Numbered from the stretch's first letter, positions 10,632 to 23,827 are shown. The stretch: DNA of 64,000 nucleotides from Raillietiella orientalis (GCA_036172245.1 JAYWIR010000043.1:868001-932000); one strand, 5' to 3'. Notes: generated from the letters alone by a model not told the origin. Translations and numbers: made by a program.

Positions 10632-13369
10632 GGAAGCGTGGCTCGCGCGCGGCGGCGGCGGCGGCGGCGGCGGCAGGGGGAGGCAGAAGGGCAGAGGTGG
10701 AAGGGAAGAGGAACGGGAAGGAAACGCGCCGCCGCCGCCGCCGCCGCCGCCGCGCGGGCGGAAGGAGCAGCGGAGGGCGACGAGGAGGCGGCGCTCCCCG
10801 GGGCGAGCAAGGAAGGAAGGGGGAGGCGGGGGGAACCGCGCACCTCCTCCTCCCCACTTTCCTTCTTCCATCCCAGGGCTGGGCCGGCTTTGACCGACCG
10901 CCGCGCCCGAGAGCGCTCGCGGGCGCGGCGCGGCAGTGACTTTCCCTCTCTCTTGGCTGCCGCCGCCGTCCACCAGGCAACCAAAGGAAGGGGGCTTCAC
11001 GGGGAGGGGCAGCCTCTCGCGGGAGACGGACACCAACCGTTTGTGCACCCTCCTCCGTCGGCGGCGACTGCGGGGGCGTGTCCGTGAAGAGGGATTCAAT
11101 TCTCCCGGGCTGGCGTCCGCTTGAAAGGGGGGCGGGGGGCTGAGTGGGGGGAAAGGGCGACTTGGCTGCTCCTTCGCCTCCTCTGCTTCTCCCACCGACC
11201 TTGCGTGGAAGGAGGGCTCTTCGAGAAACGGAGAGAGGGAGGACGGTCAGGAAGGAGCGTGTCCCGGGAAGGGAGTCCCTTCCTGAGGGCACCTCTTCCC
11301 GGTGCCCACTGGACGCCCGCCTCTTCCGCTCCCTCCCGCTCCCGGCTCGCGTGCGGACGTGCGTGAGGGCGCTGACAGGCATGCCGGGAAGAGCAGTCGT
11401 CCCTGGCGTCGTCCAGACTCCCGTTGCGATTCCTTTCCCCCTATTCCGTTTCCTAGGTGGAGGAAGGGGAGAGAGGGTAACGCGGCTCCCCAGGCAAGGA
11501 AACCAAAGGCCCCCACGCGGGCGCAGCGAACTGCCACGGGAGGGGGAAAAAAAAAAAACAAAAACGAGAAAGAGGGGGCAGTGTTCCTCTTCCCCTCCCC
11601 CTCTGCTCTCTTCTATCCCTTCTCTTCCCCTCCCTCCCCCCACTTCCGTCCCATTCTGTCGCTCAGAAGAAGAAGAAGAAGAAGAAGAACGGGCATCGGT
11701 GTCTCGAGGTCCACTCCGCGAGATCCAGGAGGCGCAGAGGCTTTTCGGGACTTCTGGAAGCCACCAGGAGGAGGAAGGACGAAGCTGGAAGCGGGAGTGG
11801 CAGGGGAGGAAGGGAAGGGAGGGCGTGGGTCTCCCGTTCCGTCTCCTCCTCTCGAGGAGCTGCTGGCGCTTCCGCCCGGTCCACCTCATCCCCCGTCTTC
11901 CAGGGACTGCGTTCCCTTCCCGCGTTGCCTGGCGACGGCCGCGGTAGACACTCCCGCCACCGGAGCCGGGCAGCCCGACGGCTTTCTGCTGCTGCCCGCG
12001 ACGGCGGAGGCTGCGGGAGGAGGCGTCGGTTCAGCATCCACAGCTTCGCCGAAACGCGGAAGCGAGATCGGCAGTTTCGCTTTTTAGAAAATGAAATTTC
12101 AGAAAAAGAAAGTGAAGGGAGAGGAGGAGGAGAGGTCGTGCCCGAGTTCCTTCCTTCCCCTCTCGCGCACACGCGAGAGCACGCGCGTGCGTGCACGCGC
12201 TGGAGGTTGCCGCTGCCTCCCTCCTCTCCCCTCACCTCTTCGCCTTTCCGTTAGCGCGCGAGCGGTGGAGTGTCACAGCGAAACGCCGCCGCGCCACGAG
12301 GAACGGGAACACCCGTGCCGCCCCTGCCGCTGGCGCCGGGCTCTGCCTTCGACGACGCGCGCTTCTCCGCCTCCCTCCCCCGCTTTTTGCCGGCGGCTGC
12401 CCGGAGTCAGCCTCGACGTGGCCACCAGCTGGCAGCAGCCCCGGAAAGGAAAAGCACAGGGGGAGGAGGGGGAGGAAGAGAAAGGAGGAGGAGGGGGGAC
12501 GGGAAGAGAAAGCAGCGCTGCTTAGGAGGCAAACTCAAGGAGTGACCGGAGTGACCGGAAGCCGTCCTTTCGACCAACTCGGCGGCCGGCGGACAGGGGC
12601 GCCCCTCCCTCGCCCGAGAACTTTCGCTACTATCCAAGATCAAGCTCCTCCCAGCCCTCTTCCGCTTCCCGAAAGGGAGGGAAGGGGAGCGCGGCCTTTC
12701 CCACCTTCTCTTCCTCCTCCTCCTCCGCTCCCGCCTACCCTGCCGGCGCCGCCGAGCGCTCGCGATGCGTGCCCGGCGACGAACTCTCTCTTCCCACATT
12801 CTCCATCCCTCACCCCACCACTCTCCCCATGCCTTCTCGCCGAGCACCCTCGGCTCTTCCGGAGACGTCCCTCGGGATTTCCCCCTCCCGTCCTATCCAC
12901 CTGCTGCTCCTTCCTCCGCTCGAAAGGCGGCCTCTGGGCGCACCCTTTTCATCCTGCCCTCGGGGCAGCGCGAGCGCCCCTCCTCAGATCTCCGCCTGCC
13001 TCACCACCCCTTTTCCCCATCCTTCTGCTGCTCCTCTTCCCAATTCCTCTCCCCACTTCCTCCTGAAAGGATCCGGTCTGCTCCCTTCTCCGACTCCCCT
13101 CCCGGCTCACTCCTTTCTCGCACCCTTTCTGCAGTTGCCCTTCTTCCCGATAGAAATCCGCGACCCCCGAGCTGCACTGAACTTCACCGATGCGCGCGGT
13201 GGGGAAGGGAACTCCCGACCCCTTGGAAGATCAGCCCTCCCTCCGAATGCTGCATGCCGGGTATCTTCCCTGCTGCCCCGACGAGGGACTGTCGCTCCTC
13301 CTTCCTTCTTACCCCTGAGAAGAAATTCCTCCGGGAAGACCACCGAAAAAGCCTTCCCCGGAGATGGTG

Positions 13370-16300
13370 CCCTTCCAGGGGAGTGACGAGCGCTCCCCTG
13401 ACTACCCGGGGATCCGGAAGCTTTTCGAAGACAAGAGCAAATGCAACCGAGAGGGAGGGAACGACGACCTCAGGGGAGAAGGAGGAGAGCGGGAGCATCG
13501 CCCGACTTCCCCTCCTCGTTTCCTCGCTCCCCGCCCTTCCTTGCCTTTCCCTTCATTGGACCGGGAAAGAAGGGGGAGAAAGACGCAGAACCGCTCTCTC
13601 CGATCTGCCGTACGCTCGTCGCTGAGCAGTCACATCCTGAAGCGCGGTAGGGCAACTGCCCACTTACTCCCGAGGACCTCTTCCCTGCGGAGCGGGGGGC
13701 AGCCGTGGAGAGATCCGAACGAGGGAGAGACCTGGGATCGTCCGCCCCCGAAGGGCGTTCTTCGCTACCCGAGCGCGCCCTCAGCGGGCGATGCGCGTGC
13801 ACAAAATGCTCTCCCTCCTCTCCTGTCCCTCCTCCCTTCCTCCTCCTCCTCCTTCCCGGATCCCCACTCGAGACACCTTCCCGACCTACTCCCCCTGGGG
13901 TGCATCCTCCTCGGGAAGGAGAGAAGACTCCCGCAGCTGTCTCCCCTTTCCCTTCTGCCCTTTCCTGCCCCCGAGGGGTGGGAGGAGAGAGAGCATGGTC
14001 GAGCTCTGCCTGTCTCTTTGCCTTCCGGGACCAGGGGTCGTCGTTCCCTGTCTCTCCCTTCCCTCACTCGGAGACGTGACCTTCCTTCCGCTCCGACTTC
14101 CGAGGGCCCGTTGGAATAGGGAAGGCTCCCATTCCTCCACCACTACGCTCTTGCCCTCACTCTCAGCCCATCCCCTCCCTGTCGTCTCCTTCCCGGGGGA
14201 GGCAGGAGGGACAGCAAGCGGAGCGTCCGCCCTTCGCTGTCGAAGGCGGCGATGGGAGCAGGGAGGGAGGACGAGCACCACCCCTGTCGACGAAGAGCTC
14301 CCAGCAGGCTGGTGGCGCCCGCCGCTTCCGGCGGTAGAAAAGGGGACTGGTTCGGACTCTCCTCCCTCCTTCGCCCGCCGCCACCTCCTCATCTCAGATA
14401 TCCATAGTCGGGGGGCGGGGAAGGGGGCCGGGTTACGTTGTCTCCGCCGTCCTCCCGCCGGACCGCTCGCTGGTGGGCCCCCATGACCTCTCCGCCTGCA
14501 GCGAGGGCACTGAGGCCACCCTCTTCGTCCCTCTTCCTACATCTGGACGCTCCCTGGGAAGCTGTTGTTTCTGGAGGAATCCCGGATGCAGCCTTTTTCC
14601 TCCACTCCGTCTCTAGGAGACGTGTCCTGCCTTCAGTACCCAGGGGGCAGCACCCCTCCAAGTTAGCGAACAGGGGAGGGGAGCGGGAGCCCAGGGCTTC
14701 CCCAAAAGAGATCCCCTGTAGCTTAGATTGCCGGGGGCCATGGGGGGTAAGAACTCTCCTGGCACCCTTTCTCAGGCAGCGAGAACGGACGTCTCGGGGG
14801 TGGAGCGGGGTCATCTCGAACGGGCGCTGGGGGAGAAACGTTGCAGGGCGGTCCAGGAGGGGAGCGCTGCCGATTCTCTCCTCGGTCGCTGCTGAAGGAG
14901 TTGCTTAGGCAACCCATGGGAGCCTCGCGCAGGTAGGCACGCGCCAGCCCCCACGTGGGCGGACCGGCGGGCGGAAGGCCGGCAGGGGCGCGGGATTGCG
15001 TGGGCGCCGCACGGAGAGCACGGAGGGCGAGCGCCTGTTTGCAAGGGTTAGGCAGTGGGCCGGGCCGTTGGGGGAACGGGAAGACCTCCGGCGGCCTTCC
15101 TGCTCTCCCTTCACGGACTTCGCGAGTTCGGGAGAGCAAGAAGAGCATACGTCGCGCGCGTTTTTCTCTCCCCGAGCAAAGCACGGTGACCCCACTGACC
15201 CCTCCATGCCTTCCTTGAACCTGTGAAACACTCGCAGTGCGCACAGAAAGGAATGGCTAGGGGAGAAAGGGGGATAACGACCCCCTCGCGTCTGCCCGAC
15301 TGCCGCATCCCTCGAGTTCCCTGGGGACACTTCGGCCTCCAGCCTCTGGGGCCTCCAGCGTTCCCGGAATCGGGGAGGCGCAGCTGCTCCTCGGAGCCGG
15401 CGCGAAACGTGAGAGGGGGAGAGGGAGGGCCGCCAAGTCGCGCGCCCCCAGAGGATGCATGACCTTTGTTCCCGTGTCCCCGGGTCACGCGAGGCGTCCA
15501 GCCGCCGCGCGCGCGCGCGCGCGCCCTGCACTTTCTTCCCTGGTGCAGCTTTCCGGGAAGGACAGCGGCGGACGAGCGGACACTCGACCCCCTCGACCCC
15601 CTTCCACGAGCCGAGATTTCGGGAGGGGGGGAGTAGGAGTGGGGATGGAGAGACACGCATGCTGTTCCCTTCCTCCCTCCCTGCCGTCGCCGCTCTTCTC
15701 GTCGTTCTCGGAGGATACGTCTGTCGAGGACACCTGGGACTCCCACAGCGTCCTCGGTCCCTCGGAGGAGAGAAACAGAAGAGGGGGCGTTCCCCTCCGG
15801 CAGTTGACTCCGAAATCTTCGAACCCTCTGTGGGACTGTCTACGGAAGCAAGGGCCCCTCCCACCTCCCCATTCTTCGTCCGGGAAACAGGCCGGAGGGT
15901 CTCCCGGAAGCTCCGCGATCCGCGACCTGGATTTTCCCCTGCCGGCCTTGGGGCGTCCTCCGCCGAGCGCTGCTTTTAAACACTGCGATGCGCCCTCTGC
16001 CTGACCTTTGCAGCGAGCGAACCTCTGAAGGCATTTCGGCGAACGGGAGGGCGCCCCTCGCCTCCTTCCTTCCCCCCAGGCACCACTCAGTCCGGCCATC
16101 CGGCCACTGGGGAAGGAGCGTGCTCTCCGGCAGGGACACGTCCCGACCTCTCCCATTTCTGGAGACTCCCGGGAGGCGGATCCCCATGGAAACGGGGCAA
16201 GGAAAGATCCGACTAGAGAGGCGCACCCCGCCGCATTCCCCTTTGCTTCCCTGCGGGCGTATCCTTTCCCGGATGAGGGATTCAGGAAGAAAAGGGGGAA

Positions 16301-17800
16301 CCCACGACGTCCTCTCCCCGCTTCCCCTCCCCAGGAGTGGCCTCGGGGTCTCCCGACCTCCCAATAGGCAGAAGGGAGTCCTCGGATGGGCGTCAGTGCC
16401 CCTTGTGGGGTCGTTCTCGGTCGCCCGCATAGAGTCTCCCCTCCCTTTCCTGAGGGCGTCGCCAGGACTGCGCAACTGCCCACTGCCGCCACCTCGAGCG
16501 CGCGGGGGAAGGGGAGGGGGAGGAACCGTCACCTCACCACCCCCGTCGAGAAGGCTGGGGCGGTCCTCGACCGACCCCTCCCTCCCTTCCTTCCCCCGCA
16601 CGTCCTTGTGCCGCGGCCGGCGGCGCGCACACGCCGACCCGCCCCCGTCCGGTCGAACTCTCTCCCCGCCGGCTGCCTGAAGGCCACAACGGAGTCCGCC
16701 CGTCCGAGAGGGGGGGGGGGAAGAGAGGCTCAGGAGGAGGGAGAGGAGGCCTGCCGCTGCGCGTGCGCGTGTGCGAGGGTCCGGTGACCCACATTCGTGG
16801 ATAAGCCGCGTCGCATCCTTGGGCGGCGGCTCACGAAATCGTGCGAGGGAGAAAACAAACGGGAAAAGGGGGGGGAGGCGAAGACGCCAACGGGGGACCA
16901 GGAGAATAAGGAGGGCGGGGAGTGCGTTTGCCCTCGTACCAGCAAAAAGGACGAGACACTCTTCCTTGCTCCCCTTCTCCCCTCCTTCCCTTACCTACCT
17001 TTCCTGATCCCCCATCGATGCTCCGCCGCCTCCTACTCGGTCTTCCCCCCTCCCGTCCCGCCTCGGGAACAGCGCGTCCTGGCTCCGCCGATCTACGTGC
17101 TCCGCCCCTCAGCGGAGAAGTGTCCGGGGCGGGACGGTTCGGAAGAGTAGCAGGGGTGGTGAGGAGCGGAGGTTAGGGGGAGGACTCCCTTCTCGGCGTC
17201 ACATGCGAGAGTTCCTCTGGATCCTCTCTGAGAGTGGGGAGTTTTGGGTGGGCCGAGAGGGGGGGGGGGCAAGGAAGGGGGAGACTAGCGTGCCTAGCAG
17301 GGGCGGCCGCCCCAGAAACCTCGCGTTTCCTACCTCCCACTTCAAGCCCCTCCACTCGGGAAGCCGGATCCCCCAGCAAAGCGGACCGGGAACGGCGGGA
17401 GATTGGCGCCTTGATCCGGCACCTCTGACATTCATGTTACCCCCGTCCCCGTCCCCTTGGCCTCCAGCAACCAGTAGCTCTTCCTGCCTCTGGTAGCGCG
17501 GAAAACGGTGACGCCTCCTCATGCCACCGCCGGGGAGGGGGGAGCACAACGAAGGCCTGGAGGGCTCCAGCGGTGAGTCGGAGGACCAGTCCTGATAACG
17601 CACTCCAGCTCGCCATTCCGCGCCAGCGCGTCGCCGCCTGCCGATCTACAGGAGAGCGAGAAGACGAGCACTTCCGGATCATCTCTCTTCGCCATGGCTG
17701 CGCCATCGCCACCGTCGAGTAAGCCTCTCCTCCCCTCCGTACTGCTTTTTCCTCCCATTGCGGCCCCTCTCTCGAGAGTGGGCTCTCCGGCTGGAGGCTT
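13370..17800 (+). mobile_element. Decayed DIRS-type (tyrosine recombinase) retrotransposon, colinear RT-RNaseH-MT-YR
   Basis: RT-like: SPDYPGIRKLFEDKSK..DDLRG (~PGFYSRLFLVPK..IDL) and LPDLLPLGCILLGKE. RNaseH-like: TARWW..ALRPPSSSLFLHLDAPW..RTLLAPFLRQRERTS (14450-14900). MT-like: PPHSPLLPCGRILSRMRDS..LSPLP (~16230-16330). YR-like: MREFLWIL..DWRLDPAPLTFMLPP..PARRRLPIYRRAR (17200-17700). Contains many frameshifts and insertions. Confidence 0.58.
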
Positions 17801-19594
17801 CCTCCTCCTTTTCCACGTGGGGAAGAAAGGTGTCAGAGAGAGGAGAGGGGAAGAAGAGAAGAGCGAGGAACCCGCACAATGGAGCACCGCGGCTGCCGAG
17901 AGAACGGACGGTTTCCAAGGAGATAGCAAAGGATGAGGCGAGGCGGTTGCTGGGCACGGTCGGGGCAGGAGGCTGGGATGAGCTTCCCGGGAATTCGTCG
18001 TTCCGCACCCCGCCGTCGCGGGGGGAAACGAGTCGCCAGCAGCTGACTTACACCCGGTGAGGAGGAATGGAGAGAGGAAGATCTTCCACTCCGAACCCCC
18101 CCCCCCCCACGACCGAACCGGGTTCTGTCACGTTGCCCTTCTTTCCTTGGTCACGACTGCTTCCTCTTCTCTCGTCTCCTGGGAAGAGGGGAAGAGGAAC
18201 GGACCCCCACGTTCGAAGAGGGGCGTGCCCGCACCAGAAGGGTGTTTCTGGTCTTTTCCCTCCGATCTCGGCCTCGAGAGGAGCACGGGAAAGCGCAAAA
18301 GGGGGGATGTCGTCTTGGTCATCCCGGAACCAGCACGTTGGGTGGGGACCGGATGAAGCGGAAGGAGGAGAAGGAGAGGAAGGAGTGGTAAAGAATAGGT
18401 CTTGGGTTTTCCTTACTATCGCTCAGGAGGCGATCGAATGGCTGCGGCGGGTCTCAGAGTGGGCATGGACTCTACATGGCGCGGGAAAGAGGGATAGGGA
18501 AACCCCTTCTCTTCTTTCTTCTCTCCCCTCTTCCCACCTGGCCTGCGCCCCTTGGAAAAGCGTCTGGAACAAGAAGGAGTAGGGGTGGAAGAGGATCAGC
18601 TGCTCTTTCTGACTCGGAAAGCAAGGAGAGGGGAAGGAGGGAAGAGCAGGGGGTGCGAGGGCGCTCCCTTCCGATGTCCCCAGCGCAGGAGCAAGGAGGT
18701 TCGAGGAAGAGGCTGAGGGCTCTTCCTGCCTGCTTCAGACTGGTCAAGTCCCCTCGGGTTTCGAAAGTACGCAGAAAAACCACTCGAGTTCCCGGACATC
18801 TTGTCTCCGGACCAATTTGGGTCGTTCCGCCAATAGAGGGCAATAGAGGAGTAGGACCGCTGTGTGTTTCGGGGAAAAGGAGGAGAGCCTCCTACGAGAG
18901 GGAATCCCGCGCAGAGGCTCCCAGGAGGGTCCGAGACCTCGACAAGAGGAGGAGGAGCAAAGAAAGTAGGGTGCGGAGGAGCACCAAGAGGGGCAAGAGC
19001 AGACTTGGAAAGAGGCAGAAGAAGCTGACCCTTGCCGACTTCCCCTCTGGCACTGCGAGGCTGTCCCTGGCACGGCGTGTGCAAACTGGCGTCCCCGCCC
19101 ACTCGTTTCGGCGGCTCCCTCGGCACCCCGCCAGCCCACGCGGCTTGCCGCCCCTTCCACTCCTCTACTGGACCTGTTCCCTGATCTCCAAGGGTTCCCT
19201 GGTTCTGTCCCTCAGCTTTTTCTGCAAGAGCAGGCGGCGCTCCTGCAGGGTAGCATTTCGCTTCGCACCGCCCGCCTCACATAGACGGAGAGCCAAGACC
19301 GTGGGAGGAAAGGAAACCCGTTCGTGGGCCCCCCTCTTTCAGGGATCCCTTTGAGAACAAGGGAACCAGGAGAGGCGGCGGTTTCAGAGGAGCTGGACCA
19401 TACTGCTCCACCTTGAGAGAGATGGAAACTCCATGGCAACCAGCCAGCCAGAGCTCCCCGCTGTCTCGCCTATCTCGCTAGACCGCTGAGCTCTCTGGAA
19501 CGGGAGCGGCACTGGTGAGACACATGGGACTCCTTCGAATTCCGCCAACGCCCCCCCCCCCCCTCCCTGTCGCAGGAGCTCCCGCACGAGTCTG

Positions 19595-19995
19595 TCCCGC
19601 GGCCCTTTAGGAGGCAACCTTGGCTCTGGTCCCATTCGACCCCTTGGAGAGATGGAAAGAGGTCCAACCGAGACCTCTCCAGCTCCTCCTTTTCAGGGAT
19701 GCGCGAGGCACTCCGCGACCGACCCGCGCGAGATGCACGGGGTCAGCAGCAGCAGCAGCAGCTGCAGCTCGCAGAAACTGGCGCCGCGCGCTCCTGCGGA
19801 GCGCCCGGACACCCGGACGACTTTTCCCTTTCCCCGAATCCGGGAATGGCTCAGGGACATGTCCCGCGGGCCTCCCCTACCTGGGGCAGCGGAACCTGGC
19901 TCCTCCTTTCCGCTTCACCTTTCCTTTCCCCAGCTGCGAGCCTTTCTCCTTGGTGACGGAACTCTGCCATCTAGCGACTGCTCCGCAAATCACCG
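19595..19995 (+). repeat. ~400-bp dispersed repeat; second copy inverted at 53417-53806 inside an SLC17 intron
   Basis: Shared blocks include accgacccgcgcgagatgcacggggtcagcagc, ccccgaatccgggaatggctc and cttcacctttcctttccccagct. The translation RNLAPPFRFTFPFPSCEPF weakly resembles a DIRS YR N-terminus. Confidence 0.88.
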
Positions 19996-20199
19996 CATAT
20001 TCCGGCACTCTCCTCTCGGAGGCAACGACTCCGGACACGGTCAGAGGCATCCCCTCAGCCGATCCTCTGCACGTGCATCCATGGAGCAGGGCTGCACCCC
20101 GGCACCCCACTCTCTGAGGAACCTCCCCTCACCGATCCCTGCTCACTTCCTCCAGAGCGAGCTCCCGTTTCTCCGTTTCCTTCTGGACCTCTACGGGCA

Positions 20200-21120
20200 G
20201 CCTTCTCTTTCAGGTGAAATTTTTCCCAGCAGCCAAAGTAGTAACCTTAGCACAGCTAAGGTTACTACTGACCAAAAGGAATAGTCATCGAGAAGTGATT
20301 TTTCCAGGTGGTTCTTCTCTCCAGGTTTCCCAGTCTCGCAACCTCCTCTTTGGAGCGCTGTATCTTCTTGTTTGGGACCGTCAGAGGGAAGCACACATGA
20401 GCCCTCCCTGCTTCCATCGGGGATGGTCTCCATGATGAGTCCTCACAGGAAGAGCGGCAGCATGGACGATACCTCTGCCCTTCCTTCCACCCTTCCCATC
20501 CTATGAGTCACGTGCAAGGGAAGGGAAGGCGGAACCTCCTCGCCGACAAAACGGCACGGAAAGAGTGAGGTCGGTGACGCCATACCACCTTCTCCACCGC
20601 CGAGATGCAGGACGCTTCTCTTCCCCCACCCCCCTTCCCCGTCTGTCGTAGTACCGCTCGTCCCTTCCGATTTGGGGATTCAAAGGCTCTGCGGAAGAGC
20701 TCGTGGCATAGCCAACTGGTGTCATATGGCTTCGTTCCCAGCAGCGCTGCCACCTCGCACGAATGTGCCTTCCCTCCTTCCTCAGCGGTCCTTTCGAGGG
20801 CACTCCAGGGATGAGACCCGCACCTCCTGCCCGACAGTGCTCCACCTCTCTCCCACCACCGGAGGGATGGAGGAGGGCCACAATGATGACCTGGAGGACT
20901 CCGCCGGCAAGTCGGGAAGACCAACGCTCGGAACGCACTCCAGCTCGCCATCCCGCGCCAGCGCATCGCCCCCTGCCGGATCTACACGAATGCAAGAAGG
21001 CGGCGCATCTCGCTCTGCCGCTTCGCCATGGCTGCGCCATCGCCACCGTTGAGTTAGTCCCACACACACACGGCCACTCTCCCGGGAACGGGCTCTCTCC
21101 GGCTGGAGGCTTTCTTCTCC
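20200..21120 (+). mobile_element. Decayed DIRS-type MT/YR fragment; 20850-21120 is paralogous to 17515-17805
   Basis: MT-like FFPAAKVVTLAQLRLL..EVIFPGG. Clear nucleotide similarity to the YR part of the 13.4-17.8 kb copy (shared cgcactccagctcgcca, cttcgccatggctgcgccatcgccaccgt, ctctccggctggaggctt). Confidence 0.45.
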
Positions 21121-22339
21121 GCAGTTTCCTGGCTGCTCCGCACACCCTACCACTTCGAGCCGCCGCACCCGCGTTTCCGTCCCGGGAGCCAACAGACTCA
21201 GAGGAAGGATCCAAAGCAAAGGAGCGAGTTGTTCGCAGACGGTCTTTCTAGGATCTCGAGGGGCTGGGGCTCATTCGGGTCAGCCTCCTCCTCTCGGATC
21301 CCTCTCCTCGCTTCCAGGATCCGAGGAACGCGAAACCCGCAGCTCGCGACGCTCCCTTTAGCGCAAATCGAGGGTCAATGCGACCAACAAAGGAAGATGG
21401 CGGGTCGATCCTTCCTTCGCGCGCCCTCCCGTGTCGAGCGGCTTGCCCCGCACGAGTGCGCGGGAGAGGAGAGAGGGGGGGGGGACTTGACCGGAGGACT
21501 CTACAGGCGCGTAGGCCGGGTCTCGGTTGTTCCCCAGATGCTCTCGCACGCGCGGGACGACAGTCACCGCGCCTCAGGACAGAGGGTGTAAATGGGGAGG
21601 CATGCCTCCCCAGGGAAAGAGGGAGGGTGGCAATGGAGGCGGTTTGCGGGACGCGTGTCGGCGCCGAGCGGAGCGTCCCGCGTCACCCGCAACTCGCCCG
21701 CTCCTTCCCTTTTGGGGAGTGCTCCCCCTCCCCTACCCCCGTTCTCCTCCTCCCCATCTTCTCTCTCCCATCGTTTCCGTCACGTGCGCCCCAAAACCAC
21801 ACGACCAGGAAAAATCCTGTTCTCGACGGGGGAGGGGAGGGAAGATGGGGAGGGAGGGGGATCTTTGGAGGTCGCGAGAGAAAGGTCCAAAAATCGACAG
21901 GCAAGGCATCTTTGCTTTTTTTTTTCCTTTGTTCGGGTTTCTGTGTGTATATTTTTTCTTCTTCTTCTCTCCTTCTCCTTCTGATTTTATCTTATCTGCA
22001 TCAGTGGATCCGATCCGTCGCTTATCGATCTGCAGCGGTCCCTTCCATCTGAAGACTCTTAGGGGTCAGGAAGTACGGAAGCGCAGAGCATCTCGAAAGT
22101 GGGGTGCAGGAGGAAGGTGAAGGAAGGAGAGGGGACATGCGAGGAAGGGGAGGGGGGACGAGACGGAGAGGGTATTCGGGGAGACGAAAAGTTTCCATGG
22201 GGACGAGTGCGGACGGCGTGACGGGGTCGGATCTCAGGTAACCGCCGCATCCGTTCCGCAATTCCGCTGGGGAAAAGGGGAGAGAGAAGGGAAACAAGAA
22301 TTCCGGGAAAGGGGAGCAAGGAAGGGAGCACGTTTCTCT

Positions 22340-23827
22340 TCCTTTTCCTCTTCTCCGATAGAACAGCGCAAAGAAAGCTGAGGCTCAGGGACACTCAGCA
22401 GGTCATTCGTTATCGCTCCTGGTCCCCCGCACTCGTTCTCCACGGAAACGGAGAGGCGGAGGACCCTTGTCGGGGTCTGCCGCCTCACAGTCGATCACTT
22501 TACTGCTCCTCGCTCTCCGAGATGCATCCTTCTCTACCCAAGCCCTCTCGATACGCGGCGACGGGATGGCACCGGAAGGGCTGGGGAGGTCACCCCTCGG
22601 TCTTCACTCCCAAGGGAGATATCGAACTGCGGGCGTGTGTCTCCAGGGGAAGAGCAGGTCAAGTTTGCTGCTGGCTCCTAGCCTCTCCCTCTAGCCACTC
22701 CTCCATTCCCTAAATCCCACCCAATTGCAATGGGTCCTGCCTGGGGACTGGGTCGGGAGACTTCCGATTCCAGATGGGTCTCTCTTATGATGGAGCATCT
22801 CGGACCAGGGAAAGGTTTCATTCTCGCGCCGGACAGCATGTTGCATCGGAACGCTTTTTCGGGATCATCCATTCGCGCATGCTGCTTGTGGCAGAGTAGT
22901 CCACCGGAAGTGGCGTGGATCATCGTATCTGCAGAGGTGGAGCGGGGAAAATCCCTCCTGCACGTCCTCCGTCATCTCGTCGACTGCACTGATCTCAGCT
23001 CCCGAACCAAGAGCCAGTTGGCCAGAAGCATCGGGATCTGGAGACCTCCTCCTTGCCGTCAATCAAGGATAGACTCGACGCCGTGACCCGAGTTCTTGCT
23101 TTGGACCGGTGGGAGAGCCGCCTAGCTGGACGTCCCCTGTCCCTTCGGGAACTCCGCGATAGCTCCGGGAGAATCGACGCAGCGAGCGAAGAGCAAACAT
23201 CGTGGTGCCTTCACTTCCCCTCCAGTGAGTGCCCCGGTCAGGAGGTGCACTCGTCGCGGGATACTCGAAAGACTGAGACCTGAGGAACCTCGACAAGGAT
23301 TTGCAAGGGATGAAACTGCCGCTGGCGCTGAAAGGAAGATCTTGGGAAAAGCACGGAGTGGTCCATCTGGCATCCAACACCCTCACAGCATACGCCAAAA
23401 GTGTCGGTTGGGCCATCGGCAACAGCGAGAAACCCTTTGCTGGGATTCAGGGAATGGAGGAGCGGCTAGAGGGAGAGGCTAGGAGCCAGCAGCAAACTTG
23501 ACCTGCTCTTCCCCTGGAGACACACGCCCTCAGTTCGATATCTCCCTTGGGAGTGAAGACCGAGGGGTGACCTCCCCAACCCTTCCGGTGCGAGCCCGTC
23601 TCCGCGTATCGAGAGGGCTTGGGTAGAGGAGGATGCATCTCGGAGAACGAGGAGCAGTAAAGTGATCGACTGTAAGGCGGCAGACTCCGAAAAGGGTCCG
23701 CTGCCTCTCCGTTTCCATAGAGAACGAGTGCGGGGGGCCAGAAGCGATAACGAGGAGGGAGTGGCCTGCTGAGTGTTTCTGAGCCGCAGCTTTCTTTGCG
23801 CTCTTCTATAGGAGAAGGGGAAAAGGA
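22340..23827. repeat. ~380-bp inverted repeat (22340-22719 / 23441-23827) around a 721-bp spacer, DIRS-derived
   Basis: Direct alignment of the arms shows 8 mismatches in the inner ~220 nt and more divergence outward. Arms and spacer carry DIRS RNaseH/MT-like remnants (GMKLPLALKG..VVHLASNTLTAY; SPRIERAWVEEDA; EWPAECF). Confidence 0.9.

Noticed and set aside
10137..11087. Poly-Q / poly-A ORF resembling a transcription factor
   Set aside because: The tracts are simple CAG/GCC repeats that give homopolymers in all frames; there is no DNA-binding domain or exon structure.
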